This document shows positions 29,202 to 38,921 of a stretch of DNA of 64,000 bases, piece after piece; position 1 is the stretch's first letter, and the number at the start of each line of letters is the position of its first letter. The position numbers were made by a program, and so were the translations under genes. This stretch comes from an uncultured Verrucomicrobiae bacterium (GTDB taxonomy: Bacteria > Verrucomicrobiota > Verrucomicrobiia > Chthoniobacterales > JAFAMB01). The DNA is taken from the NCBI GenBank assembly GCA_963782115.1, contig CAWAIK010000003.1:160001-224000 (forward strand), in the 5' to 3' direction. Below the pieces are notes generated by a model. It was not told the origin of the DNA. It made no database searches and saw only the letters and a program-made list of their open reading frames with translations.

Positions 29202-32200
29202 AGGCGTTGTTCGAAAGGCTCCTTCGAGGACGGGCGGTGATCGTAGGATTGATCGTCGCTTATACTGCAGCCGGCGTCATGGCGCTTCGGAACCTTCCAA
29301 TAGAGGCATATCCCGATGTGACGAATATTCAGGCTGAAGTGGTCACGTTGTGGCCGGGACACGCAGCTGAAGAGGTGGAAAAGTTCGTCACCATCCCGGT
29401 CGAGAATCAGATGAACAGCCTGCCGCAAAGAGCATCGCTGCGGTCGATATCGATGTTCGGCTTGTCAGTGGTGACGATCACCTTTGAGGACGATGCCGAC
29501 AACTACAGATCGCGCAGTCTGGTTGCCCAACAATTGGCCCAGGTCCAGCTCCCGACTGGCGCCCAGGCGTCGGTCTCGCCAGATTCGACGGCGGTCGGCG
29601 AAATTTTTCGTTACACCCTCCAGGCGCCGCCCAATTACCCACTGACGGAATTGCGCGCTATCGAGGATTGGGTGGTCGAGCGCCAGTTTCGCACCGTGCC
29701 GGGTATTGTCGACGTGAACGGCTTCGGCGGACCAACCAAGCAGTACCAGGTCTTGATCGATCCCGTAAAGCTCAAGAGCTATAACATTACGCTTCAACAG
29801 ATCGTTCAGGCCTTGCAAAACAGTAACCAGAACGCGGGCGGAGCCTACATTGAACACGGCTCTCAGATGTTTATTATCCGCGGGATCGGTCTGATCCAGA
29901 CGCTCGACGATATTCGGGATACCGTTCTTGCGGTCCGAAACAATACTCCGATTAAGGTTGGCGATCTGGGGCAGGTGGTCATCGGGGATCAGCTTCGCCT
30001 TGGTCGGGTGGGCATGAACAAGCCGCATCCCGGAATGTCGCCCGAACAGACCGATCAGGATGATGTCATTCAGGGCATCGTCCTCTTGCGCAAAGGGGAC
30101 AACGTGCTCGAAGTGCTGCAGCGGGTGGAAGCGAAAGCCGACGAGATCAATCGCACCTATCTCCCGCCTGGAGTTCGGCTGGTTCCACACTACGATCGTA
30201 CTGATCTGATCAAGCGCGCCACGCAGACTGTCGTACACAACGTCCTCGAAGGCATGCTGCTGGTGCTCATCGTGCTTGTCGCATTCCTTGGTATCAAGAA
30301 CTGGCGCTCAGCGTTAATTGTCGCTTCGGTGATCCCACTTGCCCTAGTCGGCGCGGCCATGCTGCTCGACTACCAGAAAATTCCCGCCAACCTGATTTCG
30401 ATGGGCGCAATCGATTTCGGCATCATCGTGGATGCGTCGGTGGTGATCATGGAAAATGTCATTCGACTTGTCGAACAACGCCGTAAGCTGGGGCTGACCT
30501 TGCACCAATGCATCGTTCAAGGGGCGGCCGAGATGACGCGGCCAATTCTCTTCTCCAAGGCGGTTTTACTGATTGCCTTTGTCCCCCTTTTTACCCTCCA
30601 GCGTGTGGAAGGGAGAATTTTCAAGCCAATGGCATTGACGCTGAGTTTCGCGATCATTTCCGGAGCATTGCTCGCTTTGGTCGCGGTGCCATGTTTTGCT
30701 TCCTATCTCCTTCAAGCGAAGGAGCGGAAAGAGAACGATGGGAAAATCGGTTTTGGTCTGGTTCGGACGATACGACGCATTTACCTGCCCGTGCTGAATC
30801 TGGCGCTGAAACTGCGGATGGTAATTCTTCTGGGGGCTGGCGCGCTGGTCGTCAGTGCACTTTTTCTAGCCTTCAGGCTCGGCTCAGAGTTTCTCCCAAA
30901 ACTCGATGAGGGCGCCTTGTGGGTCCATATGGATTTGCCGGAATCCATTTCGCCATCCGAGGCCGAAAAGCTTACGAAAAAAGAGCGCCTGATTTTCGCT
31001 TCTTTCCCGGAGGTCAAAACAGTGGTCAGCCAAATCGGCCGTCCGGACGACGGATCGGACGTGGGAGGCTTTAACATGGTGGAAACCTATGTCGAGCTGA
31101 TTCCTCAGGAGAAATGGAAATCCGCCCAAACTCGCGAAGAACTAGCCGCGATGATGAACAATCAGTTGCTCCGGAATATACCCGGCGCAGACTTCCTTTT
31201 CAGCCAGTATATCGAGGATAACGTCAACGAAGCCATTTCCGGCCTTAAAGGGGAACTGGGGGTGAAAATCTACGGTCCGGAGGCAGAAATCCTGCAAAGC
31301 CTCTCGGACCAGGTCTCCCGGATCCTGAAACAGATTCCGGGAGCGGTCGACGTCGCTCCCGAGACCTTGTTTGGTCAGCCACAGATCCAGGCCAGCGTCG
31401 ACCGCCATGCGGTCGCGCGTTATGGGCTCGGCATAGCCGACGTCGACTCGTTGGTGGGAACGGCGTTCGGCGGAACTGTCGCCACACAGGTTCTGGAGGG
31501 TGAACGGTCCTTCGATCTGGCGGTCAAGCTTCGGCCCGAATCGATCGCTAACTTGGAAGAGATGCGGGCTATCCCGCTCTTCGGATCAAACAACGAGATC
31601 ATTGCTTTGGGGCAGGTCGCAGACGTGCAAACTCGTAACGGATTCGCGCGGATTTACAGGGAGGAAAATGAGCGCCGGACCGATGTCAAGTTTTCGGTGC
31701 GCGGCCGGGATCTCGGCTCCGTGATCGCTGATGCGCAACAACGGGTGGATCAGGAAGTGAAACTTCCTCGGGGCTACCGATTGGAGTGGTCCGGCAGCTT
31801 CGAAAACGAACAACGCGCGGTTAAGCGCCTGGCGTTCATCATTCCCGGCACTTTCATCGCCATCTTCTTCGTCCTCTTCGCCGCGTTCAATTCGCCTCTC
31901 AAGGTGATCATTATTCTGCTTAACGTTCCTTTAGCCGTGGTGGGAGGCGTCGCCGGCCTCGCCTTGGCCGGGTTGCCAATCTCCGTTTCGGCGCTCGTCG
32001 GCTTTGTCGCGCTCTTTGGCATATCGATTCAGTACGGTGTGCTAATGCTGGAACGGGTTCGGGAACTCGAATTGGAAGATTCGCAGGTTGAAGTTTTCAC
32101 GACAGCAAAAGAAGTGGCGCTGTCACGTTTGCGTCCGATCCTGATGACTTCCATGATGGCGGCGCTCGGGCTTCTTCCGGCGGCGCTTTCTCACGCGGTG

Positions 32201-32353
32201 GGAGCCGAAACGGCGCGTCCGTTTGCGGTGGTAATCGTTGGTGGACTGGCTTCGGTCACACCGCTGACATTGCTCGTGCTGCCAGTGGCAATCACCTTCC
32301 TCCTTCCTTTGACCAGAGGAAGAAAGGCTACTGCACCGGCCTTCGCGGCCTAG
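29198..32353 (+). CDS. CusA/CzcA-family heavy-metal efflux RND transporter
   Basis: LPIEAYPDVTNIQ, GAIDFGIIVD...EN, EGRIFKPMA, SEFLPKLDEG, RLRPILMT. Confidence 0.93.
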   Translation: MKALFERLLRGRAVIVGLIVAYTAAGVMALRNLPIEAYPDVTNIQAEVVTLWPGHAAEEVEKFVTIPVENQMNSLPQRASLRSISMFGLSVVTITFEDDADNYRSRSLVAQQLAQVQLPTGAQASVSPDSTAVGEIFRYTLQAPPNYPLTELRAIEDWVVERQFRTVPGIVDVNGFGGPTKQYQVLIDPVKLKSYNITLQQIVQALQNSNQNAGGAYIEHGSQMFIIRGIGLIQTLDDIRDTVLAVRNNTPIKVGDLGQVVIGDQLRLGRVGMNKPHPGMSPEQTDQDDVIQGIVLLRKGDNVLEVLQRVEAKADEINRTYLPPGVRLVPHYDRTDLIKRATQTVVHNVLEGMLLVLIVLVAFLGIKNWRSALIVASVIPLALVGAAMLLDYQKIPANLISMGAIDFGIIVDASVVIMENVIRLVEQRRKLGLTLHQCIVQGAAEMTRPILFSKAVLLIAFVPLFTLQRVEGRIFKPMALTLSFAIISGALLALVAVPCFASYLLQAKERKENDGKIGFGLVRTIRRIYLPVLNLALKLRMVILLGAGALVVSALFLAFRLGSEFLPKLDEGALWVHMDLPESISPSEAEKLTKKERLIFASFPEVKTVVSQIGRPDDGSDVGGFNMVETYVELIPQEKWKSAQTREELAAMMNNQLLRNIPGADFLFSQYIEDNVNEAISGLKGELGVKIYGPEAEILQSLSDQVSRILKQIPGAVDVAPETLFGQPQIQASVDRHAVARYGLGIADVDSLVGTAFGGTVATQVLEGERSFDLAVKLRPESIANLEEMRAIPLFGSNNEIIALGQVADVQTRNGFARIYREENERRTDVKFSVRGRDLGSVIADAQQRVDQEVKLPRGYRLEWSGSFENEQRAVKRLAFIIPGTFIAIFFVLFAAFNSPLKVIIILLNVPLAVVGGVAGLALAGLPISVSALVGFVALFGISIQYGVLMLERVRELELEDSQVEVFTTAKEVALSRLRPILMTSMMAALGLLPAALSHAVGAETARPFAVVIVGGLASVTPLTLLVLPVAITFLLPLTRGRKATAPAFAA

Positions 32354-32529
32354 GCTAGGACGGGGAGCGCGACTCTCGTCTAGCCGGTCGGCCTTATTCC
32401 ACTGAAAGTATCATGTGGTTCTATTGTCAAATCCGCACCAGCTTTTCTTCGTTGCCATTTTTCTTGCGCCGGAAAGAAATCATTTCCGGTGAGAGACAGG
32501 GTGGTCTTTTTGATGAGCTTTCGCGTTGC

Positions 32530-33225
32530 ATTGCAAGGGCGGCGAATTTCTTATCAAAAATCCAGCGCCTTACGTAACCTTTACTGGATACTGGGGCTTA
32601 AACTTTGATTGCATGCCAGCCACGCCTGTGGGCGGCGCTCCCGGTGCTTCCAGCCCGCAGCACATGCAGTTTGGCAATACTTGGGTAATGACATTGGGAC
32701 TCCAGCGTCTACTGCATCGTAGGAGGAAATCAGTTCCTGACGCTTTCCTATATCTGCGCCTATCATCACCGGTTCATAAGAGAAGATAATCAGCAGAAGT
32801 ACAGCGCCATTGGATTGGAGATCGATCATTGTTGGCTATATAAAATCAGTGAATCCAGTCCTGGAGTTAATGACGACACCTTTCATCTTGCCGGTCTTGG
32901 GGGTGGAAATGCTTACAATGATTCCCAGTGCCAAATTCACGATAACTACGTGACCGCCGGATACGGAACAGAGCGGCCGTTTTTGGGGAAGGTCCTTGGC
33001 GGGAACGCCAGTGGGACAATGGCAAGCAACTACGTGACCGCCGCCGTTGCGCCGGACGGCAAGTTTGGGGGTGCCTATCTTCCGACGACATCCACCATTA
33101 CAGTGAACATGACGGAGTTCTCGGGACCGGTCAGCGCAAAGTGGGTCGATCCCAGCACCGGCCACTCAACAGTCGTCAGTGGCTCTCCGTTTGCCTCTAA
33201 TGGAACCCAAACAATTGGCCGGTGA
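32530..33225 (+). pseudogene. Mosaic remnant of carbohydrate-active protein(s); the last part resembles the C-terminal domain of DUF4038 proteins
   Basis: YVTAGYGT...YVTAAVAPDG...AYLP...ITVNM...AKWVDPSTG...GSPF; upstream frames are broken. Confidence 0.45.
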
Positions 33226-33229
33226 TAGG

Positions 33230-33302
33230 AGCCGACAGTCGGATTCGAACCGACGACCTAATCATTACGAATGACTTGCTCTACCAGCTGAGCTATGTCG
33301 GC
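33230..33302 (-). tRNA. tRNA-Thr(CGT)
   Basis: GCCGACATAGCTCAGCTGGTAGAGCAAGTCATTCGTAATGATTAGGTCGTCGGTTCGAATCCGACTGTCGGCT: full cloverleaf, anticodon CGT, GGTTCGAATCC T-loop; followed by CCT, not CCA. Confidence 0.96.
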
Positions 33303-33356
33303 ATTTTTGCCACCCTATCCGGTCTTGTTACCGGCCTAAAACTCATTTTCCCCATG

Positions 33357-33404
33357 GGGAGCCGACGATTACGAATCGACGCTCTACCTCTAAGCTAGGT
33401 TGGC
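33357..33404 (-). pseudogene. Internally deleted tRNA-Thr(CGT)-like relic
   Basis: GCCAACCTAGCTTAGAGGTAGAGCGTCGATTCGTAATCGTCGGCTCCC: D-arm and CGT anticodon arm present, variable loop and T-arm missing. Confidence 0.7.
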
Positions 33405-33516
33405 GCTGACAAAGGGAGGACAATAACTCCGGAGAAGTTGAGCGTCAAATGCCGACGCGGCTGAAGAGGGAGTCATCGGGACTCATGGAGCCAAGGGACG
33501 GCCGCTTTTCTGTCAT

Positions 33517-34521
33517 TCATTTCCCAACCCTGATCACCACCTTGCCAAAATGAGAGCCGATCGCCATGTATTCGTAGGCTTAAGGGGCGGATTCAAAGGG
33601 AAAAACCTGATCAATCACGGGCCGGATTCTGGATTGTTCAAGCGCTCGGTTCAATCCCTCGAACATTTCCCGGCTGCCAACGTAAATCCCGAAGATCGTG
33701 GCACCCTTGATGACAATCGGAAAGATCTCAGTTTCAGCCTGGCGGCCTGAGAGAATACCAATCAACCCGATCTTTCCACCATACCGGCAGGCGCGCAGCG
33801 ATTGGAGAAATGTCCCGGCTCCGCCCACCTCGATGACGTAGTCAACACCGTTGCTTCCAGCCAGGTTTGCGGCAGCCTTGCCCCATTCAGGAGTGGTTTT
33901 GTAGTTTATGACCCCGTCCGCACCCAACTTGCGCGCGCGCTCAAGCTTTTCGTCGCTACTCGACGTGATGATCACCCTTGCTCCAGCTGATTTGGCGATC
34001 TGCAGGCCAAAAATAGAAACCCCTCCGGTCCCCAGGAGAAGAACGGTCTCGCCGGGAACCAGCTGGCCCCGGACGATCAAAGATTGCCAGGCCGTCAATG
34101 CAGCGCAAGGTAGAGTTGCTCCTTCTTCGAAGGAATAATCTTTAGGCAGATGCACCAACCCTTCTTCGCGAAACTTCGCTTTTTCGACTAGAACGCCGTC
34201 AATTTGACCACCCAGTGCCGTCCGATGCATTTCGGCTTTAAATCGTCCTGCAGACCAGCAGCCTGCAAGGCGATCGCCAACCTTGAATTTGGTCACGGCC
34301 GTACCGACGGCAATGACTTCCCCTGCTCCGTCCGATAAAGGTATTCGCCCTTCGACCGGGTGGCGATCATATTGCCCGCGCAAGACGACGAGGTCGCGAT
34401 AGTTGAGCGAAGCTGCCTTGATCCGAACCACCACCTCGTAATCGCCGGGATCCGGCGGAGGTCGATCAACAAGCTCTAAGCCTTCCGGTCCACCGAATTT
34501 TTGGATTTCGTAGGCGTTCAT
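33517..34521 (-). pseudogene. NAD(P)-dependent zinc-type alcohol dehydrogenase-like (MDR) with premature stop
   Basis: ASLNYRDL, PLSDGAG, ATLPCAALTAW, GTGGVS; in-frame TAA at 33580-33582 followed by AYEYMAIGSHFGKVVIRVGK*. Confidence 0.8.
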
Positions 34522-34545
34522 GGGGGAAGGTCGTGGGAGTTGCCA

Positions 34546-34750
34546 TCAGTTCTCAGTTCTCAGTTCTCAGTTGTCAGTGGGCAGCAGGCAGTGGGCGCAG
34601 GTACTCGGGCGATTCAGGGTAAAGAAATCTGTTTGAGAAGACAAAAGGTCAACCGATCTCCCTGATCTCCTGCATTCTTCGCTCTGCAACTGACAACTGG
34701 CAACTGACCACTGAGAACTGATCGGCAACTGACCACTGGCAACTGGTAAC
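34546..34750. repeat. Inverted pair of heptamer arrays (CAGTTCT/CAGTTGT ... ACAACTG/AGAACTG)
   Basis: CAGTTCTCAGTTCTCAGTTCTCAGTTGTCAG at 34547-34577 and CAACTGACAACTGGCAACTGACCACTGAGAACTG at 34687-34720. Confidence 0.85.
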
Positions 34751-34765
34751 TCCCCCGGACTTCCG

Positions 34766-35464
34766 CTAACCCGAGCGCCTGAAAGTCCTGGTGCCGCGGG
34801 CGACGACAGATCTCGGAGCGTTCGAGCCAAAGGAGAGCCCGAGAACGCCGGAGCCGAGGGCGAAGTAGAGAATGACAGCTGGGAACGACAATCCGACCCT
34901 GGGAGCGGAAGGGTGAGATGGCGGGAATAGGAACTCAACAAGATAGCCGAAACAACAAAGGGTCGGCAACACGAGCGCGGCCAGAACCCCTATTTGGAAC
35001 GCCCTCTTCCGCCAGCCTGGATCCGGGTGGAAGATCAGCAGGGAAGACGCGAAAAGCAGACTCGTCGTTGCGCTATGTGGGGTAGGTCGAGCCGAATAGA
35101 GAGTAACGCGCTGACCGCTTGAGTCCGGCAGAAAGAAAATATCCAGGTCCGGAACACGGATTCCGCTGGCATATTCCAACAGGAACACCGCAGCAAAACA
35201 GAATACCAGGATGCAGAGAGTCTTCGAAAGGATGATTTGAACTGGATGCTGTGCCCGGACCGGGGCTGCGATGAGAGCGAGAGCCAAGCTCAACGCGGTC
35301 ACTGACATGACTGTCCAGGGCGTCAGATAGGGCGAGATAGGTGCGGACTGGCGAACACTAGGAGCGTAGTGTCCCCAATGCGGGATATAGAGCAGGCAAA
35401 CGACAAAAAGCGCCAAACCAATTGCAAACGAATAAGACGGGCGTCTTTGCACTTGAGGCATCAT
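34766..35464 (-). CDS. Multi-pass membrane protein resembling an isolated sensor-kinase input domain
   Basis: About six hydrophobic segments; LLEYASG...DLDIFF, ARPTPHSA and FGYL patterns. Confidence 0.6.
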   Translation of the reverse strand: MMPQVQRRPSYSFAIGLALFVVCLLYIPHWGHYAPSVRQSAPISPYLTPWTVMSVTALSLALALIAAPVRAQHPVQIILSKTLCILVFCFAAVFLLEYASGIRVPDLDIFFLPDSSGQRVTLYSARPTPHSATTSLLFASSLLIFHPDPGWRKRAFQIGVLAALVLPTLCCFGYLVEFLFPPSHPSAPRVGLSFPAVILYFALGSGVLGLSFGSNAPRSVVARGTRTFRRSG

Positions 35465-35702
35465 TTACATCTTGAAGTCTTAGTTCTTCGAACACCCTCG
35501 ATGGGACCGCCCGATTCTCGTCCCCAGACCTAGAATTTCACCTATTCCTGGATATTCCGCCTGCGTAAGTCGCAAAATCGAATGTGAAATATTCGCGTAC
35601 GTCCTTCAAGTTATCGACTGGATCGCCGTGAACTTAAGAGATTTGTTGCACGGGAACAATCGCGGCTTCCATTGAGGCAAATATGGTACCGAGGGCAAGC
35701 GT

Positions 35703-36908
35703 TCAGGCGAACGCTCCAGGTGAAGTCAATGGGTATTCGTCACAGACTTGGGCGAATTTTCGAATCGCAAATTGTAAATCTTCTGTCGAATGAACGGCGG
35801 AGACTTGAGTTCGGATTCGGGCGGTCCCCTGCGGCACCACTGGATAAAAGAATCCGATGACATAGACACCTAAGGCTAAAAGTCGATCCGCTATTTTTTG
35901 TGAGAGCGCCGCGTCTCCGATCATCACCGGCACAATGGGATGCGTTCCTGGTCGGATCGCTAACCCGTTTTCCGTAAGACCAGCCCGGAAGAATCGGGTA
36001 TTTGCTTCCAATCTGTCGCGGAGTTCGGTCGATCGCGAAGCGATTTTGATCGCTTGAATAGAAGCTGCGACCGTGCAGGGCGTTAAACTATTGGAGAAAA
36101 GGTATGGCCGCGAGCGTTGACGAAGTAGATCAACTATCGCCTTTCGACCGGTGATATAGCCTCCGCTCCCCCCGCCCAAGGCCTTTCCAAGCGTGCCGGT
36201 GATGATATCAATCCGGTCCATCACTCCATGGTATTCCGGAGTACCCCGACCGGTTTTGCCCAGAAACCCGGCAGCATGGCACTCATCGACCATAACCATC
36301 GAGAGATATTTTTCGGCCAAATCACATATTTCTTTCAGGTTTGCAATCGTGCCATCCATGGAAAACACGCCGTCCGTCGCGATTAATCGATAACGAGATC
36401 CTCGAGCCTCTATAAGTCTAGCTTCAAGGTCGTTCATGTCGCTATGCCGGTACCTGTATCGTTGTGCTTTGCAGAGACGGATGCCATCGATAATGGAGGC
36501 GTGATTCAATTCGTCGCTGATCACAACGTCCTCATTTGACAAAATGGTCTCAAACAGGCCGCCATTCGCATCGAAACAGCTCCCATACAGAATGGTGTCC
36601 TCGGTTTGATGAAATCGGGTCAGCGCCGCCTCAAGTTCTTTGTGGATCTCCTGGGTCCCACAGATAAAACGAACGGAAGCGAGGCCGAATCCCCAGCGTT
36701 CCAACGCGGCTTTCGCCGCCTCGATCACCTCCGGGTGATCGGCCAACCCCAGATAGTTATTAGCACAGAGATTTAAGACTTCTTTACCGTCTGCGGTCCT
36801 AATATGGGCGCGCTGGGGCGTGCTGAGAGGTCGTTCGGTCTTATACAAGCCTTGTTGCCGGATCTCACCGAGCTGTTCCGCGAGATGTTCCTGGAATGCG
36901 CCCATCAT
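35703..36908 (-). CDS. kbl: 2-amino-3-ketobutyrate CoA ligase (glycine C-acetyltransferase)
   Basis: [53 protein letters not shown]. Confidence 0.96.
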   Translation of the reverse strand: MMGAFQEHLAEQLGEIRQQGLYKTERPLSTPQRAHIRTADGKEVLNLCANNYLGLADHPEVIEAAKAALERWGFGLASVRFICGTQEIHKELEAALTRFHQTEDTILYGSCFDANGGLFETILSNEDVVISDELNHASIIDGIRLCKAQRYRYRHSDMNDLEARLIEARGSRYRLIATDGVFSMDGTIANLKEICDLAEKYLSMVMVDECHAAGFLGKTGRGTPEYHGVMDRIDIITGTLGKALGGGSGGYITGRKAIVDLLRQRSRPYLFSNSLTPCTVAASIQAIKIASRSTELRDRLEANTRFFRAGLTENGLAIRPGTHPIVPVMIGDAALSQKIADRLLALGVYVIGFFYPVVPQGTARIRTQVSAVHSTEDLQFAIRKFAQVCDEYPLTSPGAFA

Positions 36909-36914
36909 AGAAGA

Positions 36915-37094
36915 AGTTGTCAGTGGCCAGTGGTCAGTTGTCAGCGGCGCAGCGAAAAGTTGCGCAGATCAGCGAGAATGACCGAAGTTCTGTATCCCAA
37001 ACAAGTTACTTATAAGCCAGATTGCCTCGATGGTCGGCTCTGCCACTGACAACTGACCACCGACAACTGGCAACTGACTGACAATTGGCCGACT
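36915..37094. repeat. Inverted pair of heptamer arrays between tdh' and kbl
   Basis: AGTTGTCAGTGGCCAGTGGTCAGTTGTCAG ... CACTGACAACTGACCACCGACAACTGGCAACTGAC. Confidence 0.85.
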
Positions 37095-37610
37095 TCATAA
37101 CACATCTTCGCCGAGCACATCGAAAGAAAGTGCAGTGTGAACCGCGTTGCCAAGAGGATCAAAACAAGTAAGTACGTCAAGTGGGATCTTTGGATCGGCT
37201 AACCAGACATTCGTCTGCGGCATGGAAAGATATTGGGCAAAAGCCCCGGGACGGTTGACGCCGACTCCATTTGTCTTATTGCAGAGATGCCGGCGCCCGG
37301 CTAAGCAGTTCCGGCATCGTCCACAGACAATATGTCCTTCACCTGTTACAATCATGCCCGAATGGAAATCGATCACATGACTTCCAACGGATTCAATGAC
37401 GCCGACGAACTCGTGACCAATCGGCATCGGCGTCGGGACAGTGCGCTGCGCCCAGGAATCCCATTCATAGATATGGACATCGGTACCGCAGATTGAAGAA
37501 CGAAGAATGCGAATCAAGACGTCAAACTCGCCTGCTGCCGGTGCAGGGACCTCTTCCAGCCAAAGTCCCGGACCACGCTCTCTTTTGACGAGCGCCTGCA
37601 TCTTTCTCAT
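37095..37610 (-). pseudogene. tdh: L-threonine 3-dehydrogenase, N-terminal half only
   Basis: [47 protein letters not shown]; stops at GEDVL just before the NAD-binding GxGxxG. Confidence 0.9.
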
Positions 37611-37732
37611 CGGAATAAGTGGTGACTACGCAGAGCGGTAAGATACACCGTTTGGAGGGAAATACTTCGCAAGTTCGGGAGGCAGGAGTTCTGCCTTCCT
37701 GCCCTCGCCAAACTTCGGTATACTATATCGAC

Positions 37733-38236
37733 GTGCGTCTATTAGCTCTTGACCCAGCGCTGAGGAACTCCGGGTATGCGATCCTTGAGAAGGAAGGGTC
37801 GAAGGTGCGCGCGATCAATTACGGAGTGATCCGAAACAAGGCCCAGCTATCAATGCCGGGTTGTCTTGTAGAAATTCATCGACAAATCGAGGATTTGATC
37901 CGTTTTCATTGTCCGGCAGAGTGCGCAGTCGAAGGGTTGATCTACGTCCAGAACACGCGTACTGCGATTACCCTCGGAGCGGCTCGCGGATCAGCCTTGC
38001 TCGCGGCTGCGCAACACGGGTTGCCGATCTATGAATACCCGCCAAGGAGGGTTAAGCAGGCGGTTGTCGGTCGGGGAGCGGCGCAAAAAGCACAGATCGG
38101 ATATATGGTGCGGACGCTCCTGGGGCTTACCGAAACACCCGAAGCGGATGCCGCAGACGCACTGGCAATCGGTCTGACTCACTTTCAAATGCATAGTTCG
38201 CCGCTCGCGGCACTTCGAGCGAATCGTCCTTTATGA
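37733..38236 (+). CDS. ruvC: Holliday junction resolvase RuvC
   Basis: LALDP...GY, AVE, EYPPRRVKQAVVGRG.AQK.Q, DAADALAIG. Confidence 0.95.
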   Translation: MRLLALDPALRNSGYAILEKEGSKVRAINYGVIRNKAQLSMPGCLVEIHRQIEDLIRFHCPAECAVEGLIYVQNTRTAITLGAARGSALLAAAQHGLPIYEYPPRRVKQAVVGRGAAQKAQIGYMVRTLLGLTETPEADAADALAIGLTHFQMHSSPLAALRANRPL

Positions 38237-38862
38237 ACATCGAATGGTTGGGCCGCATCGATTTCCAGGCGGGTCTTCGCATTCAGGAAGAAAGGCTCGA
38301 TGATTGCCTCAAGCGCGGTGAAGAGAGCGTGATCCTGCTCGAGCACGAGCCCGTTTATACAATCGGCCGGCTTCTTGATAAGTCGAGCTTGCGCGTCGTT
38401 GACCTGCTCCCCTACCCGGTCTTCGAAACCAACCGGGGCGGCCAAGCGACCTACCACGGACCCGGCCAATTGGTTGGTTACCCGATTCTTGATCTGCGCG
38501 CGCGGGGCCGGGATCTACATTGTTATCTACGAAAGCTGGAAGATCTCCTGATCGATCTGCTCAAAGAATTCGGAATAAAGGGGGGCAAAGTCGAGGGCAA
38601 GACGGGAGTCTGGGTTCAGGACCGCAAGATCGCTTCAATCGGTGTCGGAGTTCGCAAATGGGTGACCATGCACGGTTTCGCACTCAACGTTGCGGGCGAT
38701 CTGAGCGGCTTTCAGAGCATCATCCCCTGTGGACTTTCCGGCGTAAGGATGACATCGATCAGCACCGAATCAGGAAACGAGGTCTCACTGGAAACGGTTC
38801 GGGATAAGATGTCTCCTTACCTGCGCCGGTATCTCGACTCTGAAGCGTTTGCCAGAAGATAG
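38233..38862 (+). CDS. lipB: Lipoyl(octanoyl) transferase
   Basis: LEHEPVYTIG, RGGQATYHGPGQLVGY, KIASIG, HGFALN, IIPCG. Confidence 0.96.
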   Translation: MNIEWLGRIDFQAGLRIQEERLDDCLKRGEESVILLEHEPVYTIGRLLDKSSLRVVDLLPYPVFETNRGGQATYHGPGQLVGYPILDLRARGRDLHCYLRKLEDLLIDLLKEFGIKGGKVEGKTGVWVQDRKIASIGVGVRKWVTMHGFALNVAGDLSGFQSIIPCGLSGVRMTSISTESGNEVSLETVRDKMSPYLRRYLDSEAFARR

Positions 38863-38921
38863 CGAACTTTCTGTCGCCCGGACGAAGGACTCCCGTGTCC
38901 TGTCCCCGAAACACCTGGCTA

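Noticed and set aside
32944..33043. 16-bp direct repeat AACTACGTGACCGCCG as a target-site duplication
   Set aside because: Both copies encode NYVTA in frame within a domain that plausibly has both motifs; nothing mobile lies between them
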